Assembly (NCBI GenBank): GCA_031409335.1
Contig: JANNWY010000108.1
Coordinates: forward strand, 1 to 64,000
Length of the DNA stretch: 64,000 nt
Reading direction: 5' to 3'
DNA from: Chthoniobacteraceae bacterium
GTDB lineage: Bacteria > Verrucomicrobiota > Verrucomicrobiia > Chthoniobacterales > Chthoniobacteraceae
In this document: in pieces, positions 27,583 to 38,300 of the stretch
Numbering within the stretch: the first letter of the stretch is position 1
How the letters are laid out: every line of letters begins with the position of its first letter
Notes under the pieces: generated by a model
Told to the model about the DNA's origin: nothing
What the model saw: only the letters and a program-made list of their open reading frames with translations
Database searches by the model: none
Program-made: the position numbers and the translations under genes

Positions 27583-28698
27583 ATGCCAGCCACGATTCTC
27601 GAAGACGACGCCATCGAAAAAATCCTCGCGGGGGAACGCATCGCGCGGGACGAGGCGCTGTGGCTTTACCGCCTGCCGCTGAATGAACTCGGGGAGCTCG
27701 CCAATCACCGGCGCAATCTCGCGAGCCGCGGGAAGCATGGCGGGCGCGGGGAGGAGATCGTCACTTACATCGTTGATCGAAACATCAACTACACGAATGT
27801 CTGCGACGTTTACTGCAAGTTTTGCGCGTTTTACCGGACGGAGAAGGACGCGGATCACTACGTCCTCACGCGCGAGCAACTCGATCAAAAACTGGACGAA
27901 CTGACGGCGATCGGCGGGGTGCAGATTTTGATGCAAGGCGGGCATCACCCTGCGCTGAAGATCGACTGGTATCTCGATCTGCTCGCGCATATCCGCGCGA
28001 AATATCCGCACATCAATATCCATGGATTTAGCCCGCCGGAGTTCACGCACTTTGCCGAGGTTTTCAAAATGCCGCTGCGCGAAGTGCTCACGCGTTTCAA
28101 AGCGGCGGGGCTCGGCTCGGTGCCGGGCGGTGGCGGGGAGATCTTGGTGGATCGCGTGCGCGATGCGATCGCCCCGCTGAAGTGCAACAGCGACCAGTGG
28201 CTGAAGGTGATGGAAGTCGCGCACGAGTTGGGGCTGAATTCGAGCGCGACGATGATGTTCGGCCACGTGGAGACGCTGGCGGAGCGGATCGAGCATCTCG
28301 ACCGGCTGCGCGTGCAGCAGGATGCGACGGGCGGGTTCACGGCGTTCATTTGCTGGACGTTTCAGCCGGGGCGAAATCGCGCGGGAAATGTGATGCTGCC
28401 GGGCACGGAGCCAGTCGGCAGTTCCGAGTATCTGCGGATGCAGGCGCTCTCGCGGATTTACCTCGATAACATTCCCAATCTGCAAAGCTCCTGGGTGACT
28501 CAGGGACCAAAGATCGGGCAGGTGGCGCTGAAGTACGGAGCGAACGATTTTGGCTCGGTGATGATGGAGGAAAACGTGGTGTCGGCGGCGGGGACGAGCT
28601 TCCGCTTGCAGAAGGAGCAGATCGAGCTGCTCATCCGCGAGGCGGGCTTCGAGGCGCGGCAGCGGGATAACTGGTATGAGCTGGTGGGTAGTGAGTGA
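27583..28698 (+). CDS. mqnC: Cyclic dehypoxanthinyl futalosine synthase (radical SAM)
   Basis: RNINYTNVCDVYCKFCAF, PGGGGEIL, FTAFICWTFQ, GANDFGS. Confidence 0.9.
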   Translation: MPATILEDDAIEKILAGERIARDEALWLYRLPLNELGELANHRRNLASRGKHGGRGEEIVTYIVDRNINYTNVCDVYCKFCAFYRTEKDADHYVLTREQLDQKLDELTAIGGVQILMQGGHHPALKIDWYLDLLAHIRAKYPHINIHGFSPPEFTHFAEVFKMPLREVLTRFKAAGLGSVPGGGGEILVDRVRDAIAPLKCNSDQWLKVMEVAHELGLNSSATMMFGHVETLAERIEHLDRLRVQQDATGGFTAFICWTFQPGRNRAGNVMLPGTEPVGSSEYLRMQALSRIYLDNIPNLQSSWVTQGPKIGQVALKYGANDFGSVMMEENVVSAAGTSFRLQKEQIELLIREAGFEARQRDNWYELVGSE

Positions 28699-28806
28699 GC
28701 TTCGATGAGCGGGGCCGGAAGGCTTTCGGCCCGGACGGATTTCGAGGCGCGATCGAATCCGCGCCGCTTGCTTTCGCGCGCCGGAAATCCAAAACTCCGC
28801 TCCCGC

Positions 28807-30720
28807 ATGAAAACGCTCCTTCGCGTCCTCGCCATCGTCCTGCTCGCCGCGCGCGCCTTTGCCGCGCCAAATCTCGCCATCCATGTGGACGCCCGCGAAA
28901 TCTCTCGCGCGCTGCTGCACTCGACCGTCGAATTTCCCGCGACTCACGGCGCATTCGTCGTGTGGTATCCGAAGTGGATTCCCGGCATCCACGCGCCCGG
29001 TGGGCCGGTGGCGAACATCGCGGGTCTTCGTTTCGAGACGGTGAAAGGTGAAGCCGTGACGTGGCGCCGCGATGACGATGAGCCCGCGCGTTTTCATCTC
29101 ACCGTGCCCGCGGGCGTCGATCGCGTGGTCGCGAAAATCGACTACATCTGCAACCAGCCGAATGCGAACTCCTCCGGCATCGACAGCTACGGCAATTCGC
29201 TGCTCGGCGTCATCAATTGGAACACCGTCCTCGTCTATCCCGAGAGCACGCTCATCGACACCACCACCGCGACGGTCCGCCTGACGCTGCCCGCCGGCTG
29301 GCGTTTCGGCACCGCGCTGCGACCGGACGGCGCGCCCGCGGTCACGCCGCAGGACGCGCCTTACACCGTCGCATTTCAGGCGGACTCGCTGCGCCGCGTC
29401 GTCGATAGCCCGCTCATTTGTGGGCTAAATTTCCGCACCATCGACATCGCGGGAAAAGGCACGCCGCCCGCGTTTCTGCATCTCGTCAGCGAGTCCGCCG
29501 CAGCCATTGCGATCGACGAAAAACTGATCGCAAACTACCGCGCGCTCATCGCCGAAAGCATCGCGCTGTTTGGCGGCGCGCCGTTTCCCGAGTATCACTT
29601 CCTCGTCGTGTGCAGCGACGCCCTGCCGAACAATGGGCTCGAACACATGGCGAGCAGTTTCAACTCCGTCGGTGAGCGCGAAATCATCGACGAGAAGAAG
29701 CGCAAAGCGTGGCCTGCGTATCTGCTGCCGCACGAATTCGTCCACGCGTGGTGCGGGAAATTCCGCCGCCCGGCGAGCATGGTGACGACGAATTTTCACA
29801 CGCCCGAGCGCACGCGGTTGCTCTGGGTTTATGAAGGTCTCACGCAGTATCTCGGCGAAATCCTCACCATCCGCGCCGGGCTGCTTTCGCAGGCGGAATA
29901 TCTGCCCGCGCTCGCCGCGAAGATTGAAATCCTGCGCAATCAAGCGGGCCGTCGCTGGCGTTCTGTGGAGGACACCGCGACCGCGGCATGGACGCTCCGC
30001 GCGAAAAGTCCGTCGTGGGCCACGCTCCGACGCAGCCAGGATTACTACGACGAAGGACTCGTGACGTGGCTCGAAGTGGACGCGCTCATCCGCCAGCAGA
30101 GCGGCGGCAAACGCAGCCTCGACGACTTCTGCAAAAGGTTCTTCGCCGTGAAAGCGGAGGCACGCGGCACCGTCTCGGGCTACGAACTCGCGGAGGTCAC
30201 CGGCATTCTCAAGGATCTCGCGGATACTGACTGGGACAAGTTCTTCCGCGATCGCATCAGCGCGCCGAAGGAATTTCTCGAAGTGAAATTTCTCGAAACA
30301 CTCGGCTACCGGATTCAGTTCAATCCGAAGCCCAACGAATTCGTGCTCGATCGCGAGAAGGACCGGAAATCCATCAACGCCACCGCCAGCCTCGGACTCG
30401 CCGTCGGGGAGGATGGAAAGGTGCTCGTGATCGTGCCGGGCAGCATCGCCGACAAGGCGGCCATCGCACCCGCATCGACGATCGCGGCGGTGAACGATCG
30501 CAAATTCAGCGGCCAGCGACTAAAGGATGCGATCGCCGACAGCACGACGCGGCAAAAAGTGGACCTGCTCGTGATCGACGGCGATGTCTTCAAAACGATC
30601 TCGCTCAACTACGCCGAAGGTCCGAAGTATCTCGAACTGGCGCGCGTCGCGGAGCGCACCGATCTGCTCGGCGACATCGGGAAGCCGGTGCTGTCGGCGG
30701 AGAAAAAGAGCGCGCCCTGA
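28807..30720 (+). CDS. M61 glycyl aminopeptidase with PDZ domain
   Basis: PKWIPG, GLEH, HEFVHAW, WVYEG; signal peptide. Confidence 0.9.
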   Translation: MKTLLRVLAIVLLAARAFAAPNLAIHVDAREISRALLHSTVEFPATHGAFVVWYPKWIPGIHAPGGPVANIAGLRFETVKGEAVTWRRDDDEPARFHLTVPAGVDRVVAKIDYICNQPNANSSGIDSYGNSLLGVINWNTVLVYPESTLIDTTTATVRLTLPAGWRFGTALRPDGAPAVTPQDAPYTVAFQADSLRRVVDSPLICGLNFRTIDIAGKGTPPAFLHLVSESAAAIAIDEKLIANYRALIAESIALFGGAPFPEYHFLVVCSDALPNNGLEHMASSFNSVGEREIIDEKKRKAWPAYLLPHEFVHAWCGKFRRPASMVTTNFHTPERTRLLWVYEGLTQYLGEILTIRAGLLSQAEYLPALAAKIEILRNQAGRRWRSVEDTATAAWTLRAKSPSWATLRRSQDYYDEGLVTWLEVDALIRQQSGGKRSLDDFCKRFFAVKAEARGTVSGYELAEVTGILKDLADTDWDKFFRDRISAPKEFLEVKFLETLGYRIQFNPKPNEFVLDREKDRKSINATASLGLAVGEDGKVLVIVPGSIADKAAIAPASTIAAVNDRKFSGQRLKDAIADSTTRQKVDLLVIDGDVFKTISLNYAEGPKYLELARVAERTDLLGDIGKPVLSAEKKSAP

Positions 30721-30730
30721 CGGTGCGGTG

Positions 30731-31840
30731 ATGCTCTACTTTGATCACAACGCGACGAGCCCGCTCATCCCCGCCGCGCGCGCGGCGTGGCTGGATGGGG
30801 CCGAGCGTTTCATCGGAAATCCGTCGAGCCCGCACCGGCTCGGAGCGCGCGCGGATGCGGCGCTGAACGGCGCGCGGGAAACGCTCGCGAATTTCCTCGG
30901 ATGCGCGCCGGGGGAAATCGTTTGGACGAGCGGCGCGACGGAGGCGAACAACGCGGCGCTGCACCACGCGGCGGCGGCGGGTGATGGCGAAGCGTGGATT
31001 TCCAGCGTCGAACATCCGTGCGTGCTCGCAGCGACGGAGCGGCATTTTGGGAAACGGCAGCGGCGGATTCCGGTGACGCGCGATGGTGTCGTGGAAGTGG
31101 AATGGCTCGCGGACGCGCTGAAAAAAAACCGGCCCGCGCTCGTCACCGTGATGGCGGCGAACAACGAAACTGGCGTGCTGCAACCGTGGCGCGAGATTCA
31201 CGCGCTCTGCCGGAAAAATGGCGTCCCATTTTTTTGCGATGCCGCGCAGTGGATCGGGAAGATGCCCGCGGCGGGACTCGGCGCGTCCGATTTTGTGAGC
31301 GGCTGCGCGCATAAATTTGGCGGGCCGCAGGGAGTTGGATTTTTGAAAGTGCCCGCGAATTTCCGCCCGCTGATCGTCGGTGGCCCGCAGGAGGAAGGCC
31401 GCCGCGCGGGGACGGAAAATGTCGCCGGTGTGCTCGCGATGATCGCCGCGCTGGAGACGCGCGAAAAGATGTCCGCGCCACTCGCGCATCGCTCCGATTT
31501 TGAAAGCACTTTGCTCCACGCACTTCCGGGCGCGCAAATCCTCGGCATCGCCGCGGGTCGGCTCTGGAACACGGTATCCGTCGTGATGCCCGAAGTCGCG
31601 GACTGCCGTCAGCGCTGGGTCGTGAAGCTGGACAAACTCGGCTACGCCGTCTCGACCGGCTCCGCGTGCGCGAGCGGAAAGGAGCAGCCTTCGCACGTCC
31701 TCAGCGCGATGGGCATTTCGCCCGACGAAGCCGGACGTGTGCTGCGTTTCAGCAGCGGATGGGAAACGCGCGCGTCGGACTGGGATGAGCTGCTCGCCGG
31801 ATTGCAGCGCGCGTTCACCGAGCTGTCCGCAGCGCGCTGA
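30731..31840 (+). CDS. Cysteine desulfurase (IscS/NifS family)
   Basis: YFDHNATSP, TSGATEAN, NNETG, HKFGGPQG, STGSAC. Confidence 0.9.
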   Translation: MLYFDHNATSPLIPAARAAWLDGAERFIGNPSSPHRLGARADAALNGARETLANFLGCAPGEIVWTSGATEANNAALHHAAAAGDGEAWISSVEHPCVLAATERHFGKRQRRIPVTRDGVVEVEWLADALKKNRPALVTVMAANNETGVLQPWREIHALCRKNGVPFFCDAAQWIGKMPAAGLGASDFVSGCAHKFGGPQGVGFLKVPANFRPLIVGGPQEEGRRAGTENVAGVLAMIAALETREKMSAPLAHRSDFESTLLHALPGAQILGIAAGRLWNTVSVVMPEVADCRQRWVVKLDKLGYAVSTGSACASGKEQPSHVLSAMGISPDEAGRVLRFSSGWETRASDWDELLAGLQRAFTELSAAR

Positions 31841-32564
31841 CTTCCGCGTGCAGTTCCCGCGCGATCTCCTTCCGATCACCGCGACGTTTTCGCATCTCGC
31901 CAAAGTGGATCGTCACGTCGATCCGGCGCTTCACGAACACCTTCAGCAAATGCGGCGCGAGCGGCATCGGCCCCCACCAATGCACCGCCTCGCGCACCGC
32001 GCCATCGGCGGTCGCGTAGCTGATCGCCGCCGCCGTGACCTCGCAGCCGAGTCCCGCCACTGGTTCAAAGAGCGAAGTCTTAAAAGGAATCACCTCATCG
32101 CCGCTCGTGCTCGTGCCCTCGGGGAAAAAGACCAGCGGCACGCCCGACGCCAGCACCGCGCGCATCTGCCCCGCCACGTCGCTCACCGCGCCGCGCCGCG
32201 CGCGATCGAGAAAGAGCGTGCCCGAATACTTCGCGAACACGCCGAAGAGCGGCCAGCTCTTCACCTCCATTTTTGAAACGAACACACACGGCAACGCCGC
32301 GCTCAGCGCTACGATGTCGAGATAGCCGAGATGATTTGCCGCGATCAATCCGCCCTCTGGCAGCGGCCCGCGCACGGTGACGTGGACGTGCATGATCCGC
32401 AGCGTGCGCTGGCAGCAGCGGTGCAGCCAGCCCGCCCGCGCCGCGCGTTCCGCATCCGGTGAAACGCCGCGCACTTCCCGCAAGTAACGCCACGCATCGT
32501 ACAGCAGCGACAGCGCGAAGAGCGCGCCGCGCCAAAACAAACGTGGAAGCGAAGACAAGGGCAT
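31815..32564 (-). CDS. Lysophospholipid acyltransferase (PlsC family)
   Basis: NHLGYLD, FFPEGT. Confidence 0.88.
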   Translation of the reverse strand: MPLSSLPRLFWRGALFALSLLYDAWRYLREVRGVSPDAERAARAGWLHRCCQRTLRIMHVHVTVRGPLPEGGLIAANHLGYLDIVALSAALPCVFVSKMEVKSWPLFGVFAKYSGTLFLDRARRGAVSDVAGQMRAVLASGVPLVFFPEGTSTSGDEVIPFKTSLFEPVAGLGCEVTAAAISYATADGAVREAVHWWGPMPLAPHLLKVFVKRRIDVTIHFGEMRKRRGDRKEIARELHAEVSALRTAR

Positions 32565-32676
32565 GTCCCGCGCATTCCTATTCACCGCGTTGCGGACTGC
32601 GAAACTTTTCAGCGTGCGCGCCCCCAATTTCTCCCAAGACGAATCCCCGCGGCCCTGCTATGCCATCGGCAAATTC

Positions 32677-33300
32677 ATGAGCCGGTCCCGGAAATCCACC
32701 GTCGAAAAATTCGTCGTCACCTCGGAGAAACCACGCACGCGCGAGATCGCGGTGGGCGCGTTTTTTGGCGGGATGCTTCTGATGTGGGTCGTGATGCAAT
32801 TCTTCACCGCCGCGCCCGTCGTGAAGCCGCCCGCGGGGACGAAAGGCGGGCCGGATGTCTCGCGGATGCCCGCCGCGCAGGCCGCGGCGACGTTGGGAAA
32901 TTGGGAATACGATCATGCCAACTGGCCCGCCGCCGTGCACCACTACGAACGCGCGATCGCCGCCGGGCTCGACACCCCCGATCTGCGCACCGACCTCGGC
33001 ACCGCTTACAAAAATCTCGGCGATGGTGAGAAAGCACTCGAAGAATATGGCATCGCGCAGCGCAAGGATCCATTTCACCAGAACAGCCTTTTCAACAAGG
33101 CAATCGTCTATGCCGATGTCATGCGGGACCGACCAAAGGCGATCGCGGCGGCTCGCGAATATCTTCGCCGTTTTCCGCAAGGCCACGGCGTGGAATCCGC
33201 CCGGTCGATCATCGCGCAGCTCGAAACGGACGGCGGCGATGCGGTGAAAAAGTTGAGCGAGTTCCTCACCGCGCCGAAGCCAGTCCACCCGCAACCCTGA
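32677..33300 (+). CDS. Membrane-anchored TPR protein
   Basis: TM segment then TPR-like repeats (LGNWEYD, RTDLGTAY, SLFNKAIV). Confidence 0.8.
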   Translation: MSRSRKSTVEKFVVTSEKPRTREIAVGAFFGGMLLMWVVMQFFTAAPVVKPPAGTKGGPDVSRMPAAQAAATLGNWEYDHANWPAAVHHYERAIAAGLDTPDLRTDLGTAYKNLGDGEKALEEYGIAQRKDPFHQNSLFNKAIVYADVMRDRPKAIAAAREYLRRFPQGHGVESARSIIAQLETDGGDAVKKLSEFLTAPKPVHPQP

Positions 33301-33434
33301 CGGCAGCCCCCGGTGGTTTCCCCTTTACCACCGCGAGCCAGCGCTTTTACCGTCCGCCCGCCCTCCGGACTTTCCACCGTCATCGCGCACGCAGTTAGCT
33401 CCACCGACTGGGCCAAATCCATGAATCTACAAGC

Positions 33435-34487
33435 ATGAGCGTCGCACTCGTCACCGGATCTGCCGGCCTCATCGGCTCGGAGACGAGCCAGCGTTTTCAT
33501 GCCGAGGGCTTGGAAATCGCCGGGGTCGACAACGACATGCGCGCCGCCTTCTTTGGCCCGGAAGCCTCGACCACCGGGACGCGCAAAACGCTGGAAAGCA
33601 CGCTGAAAAACTATCGCCACGCGGCCATCGACATCCGCGATTTCGACGCGGTGAAGCAGCTCGTCCAGTCGTACGGCGCGGCGGTGAAAGTCATCGTCCA
33701 CACCGCGGCGCAACCTTCCCACGACTGGGCGGCGCGCGAGCCGCACACGGATTTCAGCGTGAACGCCACCGGCACGTTGAACCTGCTCGAAGCCGCGCGG
33801 CTATTCTGCCCGGAAGCCGTGTTCATTTTCACCAGCACGAACAAAGTCTATGGCGACACGCCGAACCGGCTGCCGCTCGTGGAGCTGGAAAAACGCTGGG
33901 AGATCGATCCCGCGCATCCGTTTTGCGAAGGCATCGACGAGACGATGTCGATCGACCAGACCAAGCACAGCCTGTTCGGCGCATCGAAAGTCGCGGCGGA
34001 TGTTTTGGTGCAGGAGTACGGGCGCTATTTCGGCATGAAGACGGGAATCTTCCGCGGCGGCTGCCTCACCGGCCCGGCGCACGCAGGCACCGAGTTGCAC
34101 GGCTTTCTCGCCTACCTGATGAAATGCACGGTGACGGGAAAACTGTACCGCGTTTTCGGCTACAAAGGAAAACAGGTGCGCGACAACATTCACAGCCACG
34201 ATCTCGTCGAAGCGTTCTGGCAATACTTCAACGCGCCGCGCGTGGGCGAAGTGTATAATTTGGGCGGAAGCCGCCACTCGAATTGCTCGATGCTCGAAGC
34301 GATCGACGAATGCGAACGCATCAGCGGCAGGAAGCTCGATCACAGCTACGTGGAGGACAATCGCATCGGCGATCACATCTGGTGGATCAGCGGCGTGCGG
34401 AAATTCCAGAGCCACTTTCCGGCCTGGCAATACCGCTACGGCATCCCCGAAATCCTGCGAGAAATCCATGACGCCTGCATCGGCTAG
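33435..34487 (+). CDS. NAD-dependent epimerase (CDP-paratose 2-epimerase-like)
   Basis: [34 protein letters not shown]. Confidence 0.88.
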   Translation: MSVALVTGSAGLIGSETSQRFHAEGLEIAGVDNDMRAAFFGPEASTTGTRKTLESTLKNYRHAAIDIRDFDAVKQLVQSYGAAVKVIVHTAAQPSHDWAAREPHTDFSVNATGTLNLLEAARLFCPEAVFIFTSTNKVYGDTPNRLPLVELEKRWEIDPAHPFCEGIDETMSIDQTKHSLFGASKVAADVLVQEYGRYFGMKTGIFRGGCLTGPAHAGTELHGFLAYLMKCTVTGKLYRVFGYKGKQVRDNIHSHDLVEAFWQYFNAPRVGEVYNLGGSRHSNCSMLEAIDECERISGRKLDHSYVEDNRIGDHIWWISGVRKFQSHFPAWQYRYGIPEILREIHDACIG

Positions 34488-35286
34488 CGATCCTTCATTG
34501 CCGCCGCTCACGCTGCTGAGCATCGTCGTGCCAGCGCGGGATGAGGAGGGTTCGCTGCCTTCGATGGTCGAGCATCTGCACACGGAACTCGCGCTGCGCA
34601 AAGTGCCGCACGAGATCGTGGTGGTCGATGATGGCAGCACGGACGGGACGTGGGCGGTCCTCACGGCGATGCGCGCGCGGATTCCCGAACTCCGGCCCGT
34701 GCAAAACGAGGGGCAGCACGGATTTGGTCGGGCGATTATTCTGGGGCTCGATCGGGCGAAAGGCGACGCCGTAGCGATCATGATGGCCGATGAATCGGAC
34801 GACAGCCACGACGTGGTGCGGTATTGGGAAAAGCTGAACGAGGGCTACGACTGCGTGTTCGGCAGCCGCTTCGTGAAAGGCGGCGGCGTGATCGACTATC
34901 CGCGGATCAAACTGCTGGTGAACCGGCTTGCGAATTTTTTCCTGCGCATCCTTTTCAACGTCAAACTCAACGACACCACGAACGCCTTCAAAGCCTACCG
35001 GAAGACGGTGATCGACGGCTGCCGCCCGCTCATCGCGCCGCATTTCAATCTCACCGTGGAACTCCCGCTGAAAGCCATCGTGCGCGGATATTCATGGACC
35101 GTAATTCCAATAACTTGGAGAAACCGCCGACACGGTGAAGCGAAGCTGAAAATCCGCGAAATGGGCAGCCGTTACCTGTTTATCTGTCTCTACATCTGGC
35201 TGGAGAAATACTTCAGCCGCGGGGACTACCGGAAGCCGCCCGTCCGGGTGGAAAATCAAACGGAGCAAATGTCAGGTCGCTCGTGA
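34468..35286 (+). CDS. GT2 glycosyltransferase (DPM1-like)
   Basis: [31 protein letters not shown]. Confidence 0.88.
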   Translation: MTPASASDPSLPPLTLLSIVVPARDEEGSLPSMVEHLHTELALRKVPHEIVVVDDGSTDGTWAVLTAMRARIPELRPVQNEGQHGFGRAIILGLDRAKGDAVAIMMADESDDSHDVVRYWEKLNEGYDCVFGSRFVKGGGVIDYPRIKLLVNRLANFFLRILFNVKLNDTTNAFKAYRKTVIDGCRPLIAPHFNLTVELPLKAIVRGYSWTVIPITWRNRRHGEAKLKIREMGSRYLFICLYIWLEKYFSRGDYRKPPVRVENQTEQMSGRS

Positions 35287-35362
35287 TCGCACCCGTTGTG
35301 CAAATGAGGAACCGACCGTTGCTTGCGTTATCATCATTCTCAGTGTTATTGCTGACCGCTTT

Positions 35363-38300
35363 GTGAAAATCCCCCCGTCCTATTCATCCTGCGCCGCTGT
35401 ACTGAGCGCGATCGCCCTGCTCGCGGCCCCGTCTTTTTCGCAGGTACCGCAGCTCATCAATTATCAGGGTCGCGTCGCTGTGGAGACGGTGAATTTCAAC
35501 GGCATCGGAGCGTTCAAATTTGCCCTGGTGAACGCCGCCGGCACCACGGCCTACTGGACGAACGACGGCACTCATCCCGACGGCAGCGAGCCCACCTCTG
35601 CGGTGACGCTCTCGGTCACAAATGGGCTCTACTCGGTGCTCCTGGGCGACGCCACGCTGCCGAATATGCAGATCGTTTCCGCCGCGGTATTTGCCAACCC
35701 GGACGTGCATCTCCGGGTCTGGTTCAGCGATGGGCAGAATGGATTTCAGCTCCTGACCCCGGATCAGCGGATCGCAGCGGTCGGCTACGCCATCATGGCC
35801 GGCACCGCGCAGACCGTGGCTGACGGGGCGATTACCTCGGCCAAAATCGCGCCCGGCGCGGTGGACAACACGAAGCTCGCCACCTCGGCGATCACGATGA
35901 ACGCGGGCCCCGGCCTCGCCGGCGGCGGCACGGTGGCGCTGGGCGGGACGATTTCGCTGGCCAATTCCGGCGTAACCGCGCTGGCAGGAGAAAGCGGGAT
36001 CACTTTATCCGGCAGCACGGGGAGCATCACTATCGGGAGCAATGCCACCAGCGCGGACACCGCCGGCACGCTCGTTTTGCGCGATGCGAACGGCGGTTTT
36101 TCGGCGGAAACGATCACCGGCAATCTGCTCGGCAACGCGACGACGGCGACCACTGCTGGCGTCGCAGGGACGGCCATCAATTTTTTAGGACCGCTCGGCG
36201 GCGATGTCTCGGGCGCGCAGGGCGCGACGCTGGTGAATCAAGTTGGTGGTTTGCCTGCTGCCAGCATCGCCGCCTCCGCTGCCATCGTGGCAGCCGCGAC
36301 AAATCTGAACACGGCCTCGACTCTGATCTGGCGCGATGCGGACGGAAATTTCTCCGCCGGAACGATCACCGGCAATTTGCTGGGCAGCGCCACCAGCGCG
36401 CTCACCGCCGGGACAGCCGTCTCCGCGCTGTCGGCGACCGATTTCACCGGGACGCTCGGCGGCGACGTCTCAGGCGCGCAGGGTGCTACGATCGTCGGGA
36501 AAATCGGCGGTGTGGCCCCTGCCGCCGCGAATACCGCGGGCGCGGTGGTCATGCGCGATGTCGGCGGAGCCTTCGCGGCGGGGGAGATCACCGCGACGAA
36601 TTTCATCGGGAGCGGTGCCGGGTTGACTGGATTGGCGGGTACTTTTTCATGGCAACCCGTGAGCGGAATCACGCAGCAGGCGGTCGCGAATACTGGCTAT
36701 CTCGCAACGGACGCTGCCGCCGTGACGATCACCCTGCCCGCGACCGCAAACGCCGGGGACATCGTGCGCGTGTCGGGCGTCGGAGCCGGCGGCTGGGTCA
36801 TCGTCCCGAACATCGGGCAGACGCTCATCGGATTTGGCTCGGGACTCGGGCTATCGGGATCTGAAGGGACGACTGGAGCGGTGCAATTCGTGGGAAATTC
36901 CACCTGGCAGCCGCTGAACGAATCGCGACTCACCGCGGGCGCCGTCCAAGCCGTCCATATCGCCACTGGCGCGGTCGGAAACGCGCAACTGGCCGACGCC
37001 ACGATGACCGTGAATCCCGGCCCCGGCCTCACAGGCGGCGGCACGGTGGCGCTGGGCGGGACGATTTCGCTGGCCAATTCCGGCGTGACCGCGCTGGCGG
37101 GAGAAAGCGGGATCACTTTGTCCGGCAGCACGGGGAGCGTCATGATCGGGAGCAATGCCACCAGTGCGGACACCGCCGGCACCCTCGTTTTGCGCGATGC
37201 GAACGGCGGATTTTCGGCGGAAACGATCACCGGCAATCTGCTCGGCAACGCAACCACCGCGACCGCCGCTGGCGTCGCGGGCACGGCCATCAATTTTTTA
37301 GGACCGCTCGGCGGCGATGTCTCCGGCGCGCAGGGCGCGACAATCGTCGGGAAAATCGGCGGTGTGGCCCCTGCCGCCGCGAATACCGCGGGCGCGGTGG
37401 TCATGCGCGATGCCGGGGGAGCTTTCGCTGCGGGGGAGATCACGGCGACGAATTTCATCGGCAGCGGTGCCGGGCTGACTGGATTGGCGGGCACTTTTTC
37501 ATGGCAAACCGTGACAGGAATCGCGCAGCAAGCCGTGGCGAATACCGGCTATCTCGCAAACGCCGCCGCAGCCGTGACGATCACCCTGCCCGCGACCGCA
37601 AACGCCGGGGACATCGTCCGGGTATCAGGCGTCGGAGCGGGCGGCTGGGCCATCGTCCCGAATACCGGGCAGAGCGTCGCTGGATTTGGCGCGGGGCTCG
37701 GGCCGTCTGGCTCGCAAGGGGCGACTGGAGCGGTGCAATACGTCGGCACCGGGACTTGGCAGCCAATGAACGAATCCCAACTCGCTCCGGGCTCGGTGGG
37801 AAGCGCGCAACTCGCTCCGAACATTGCTGTGAGCGGGACATTGACGGCGGCAAATTTCGTTGGAAACGGGCAGGGGTTGACGGCCCTGAGCGCAGCAAGC
37901 CTTTCGTCGGGAACGCTGTCGGACACAGTGCTCTCGGCAAATGTCCCGCGGATTGATGCCGCGACGAACACTTTCACCGGAATCCTGAAAAGCACGGGCA
38001 CTTTCGACGCGACAAACGCCACTGTGCTCGGCTTCGATAAGATCTCCCGCTCCGCCGCGAATACCTGGACCGGGACGCAGACCTTCGCGAGCCTAACTAT
38101 CGCCGCAGAGTCACCAAACATCTTGTTTCAAAACACCACCTCTGCTGGCAGTTGCGGTTTGGGATTGTCCACGGACGTTTTGGATCCCGGGCATGATCAC
38201 TTCATCATGGGTCCCAATATGCGGGCCGTGCCCACTGGCTACGCGCCAATCATTCCGTCAGAATCTGCGTGGGGGCTGCATCTCGAGCGCGACTTTTTTA

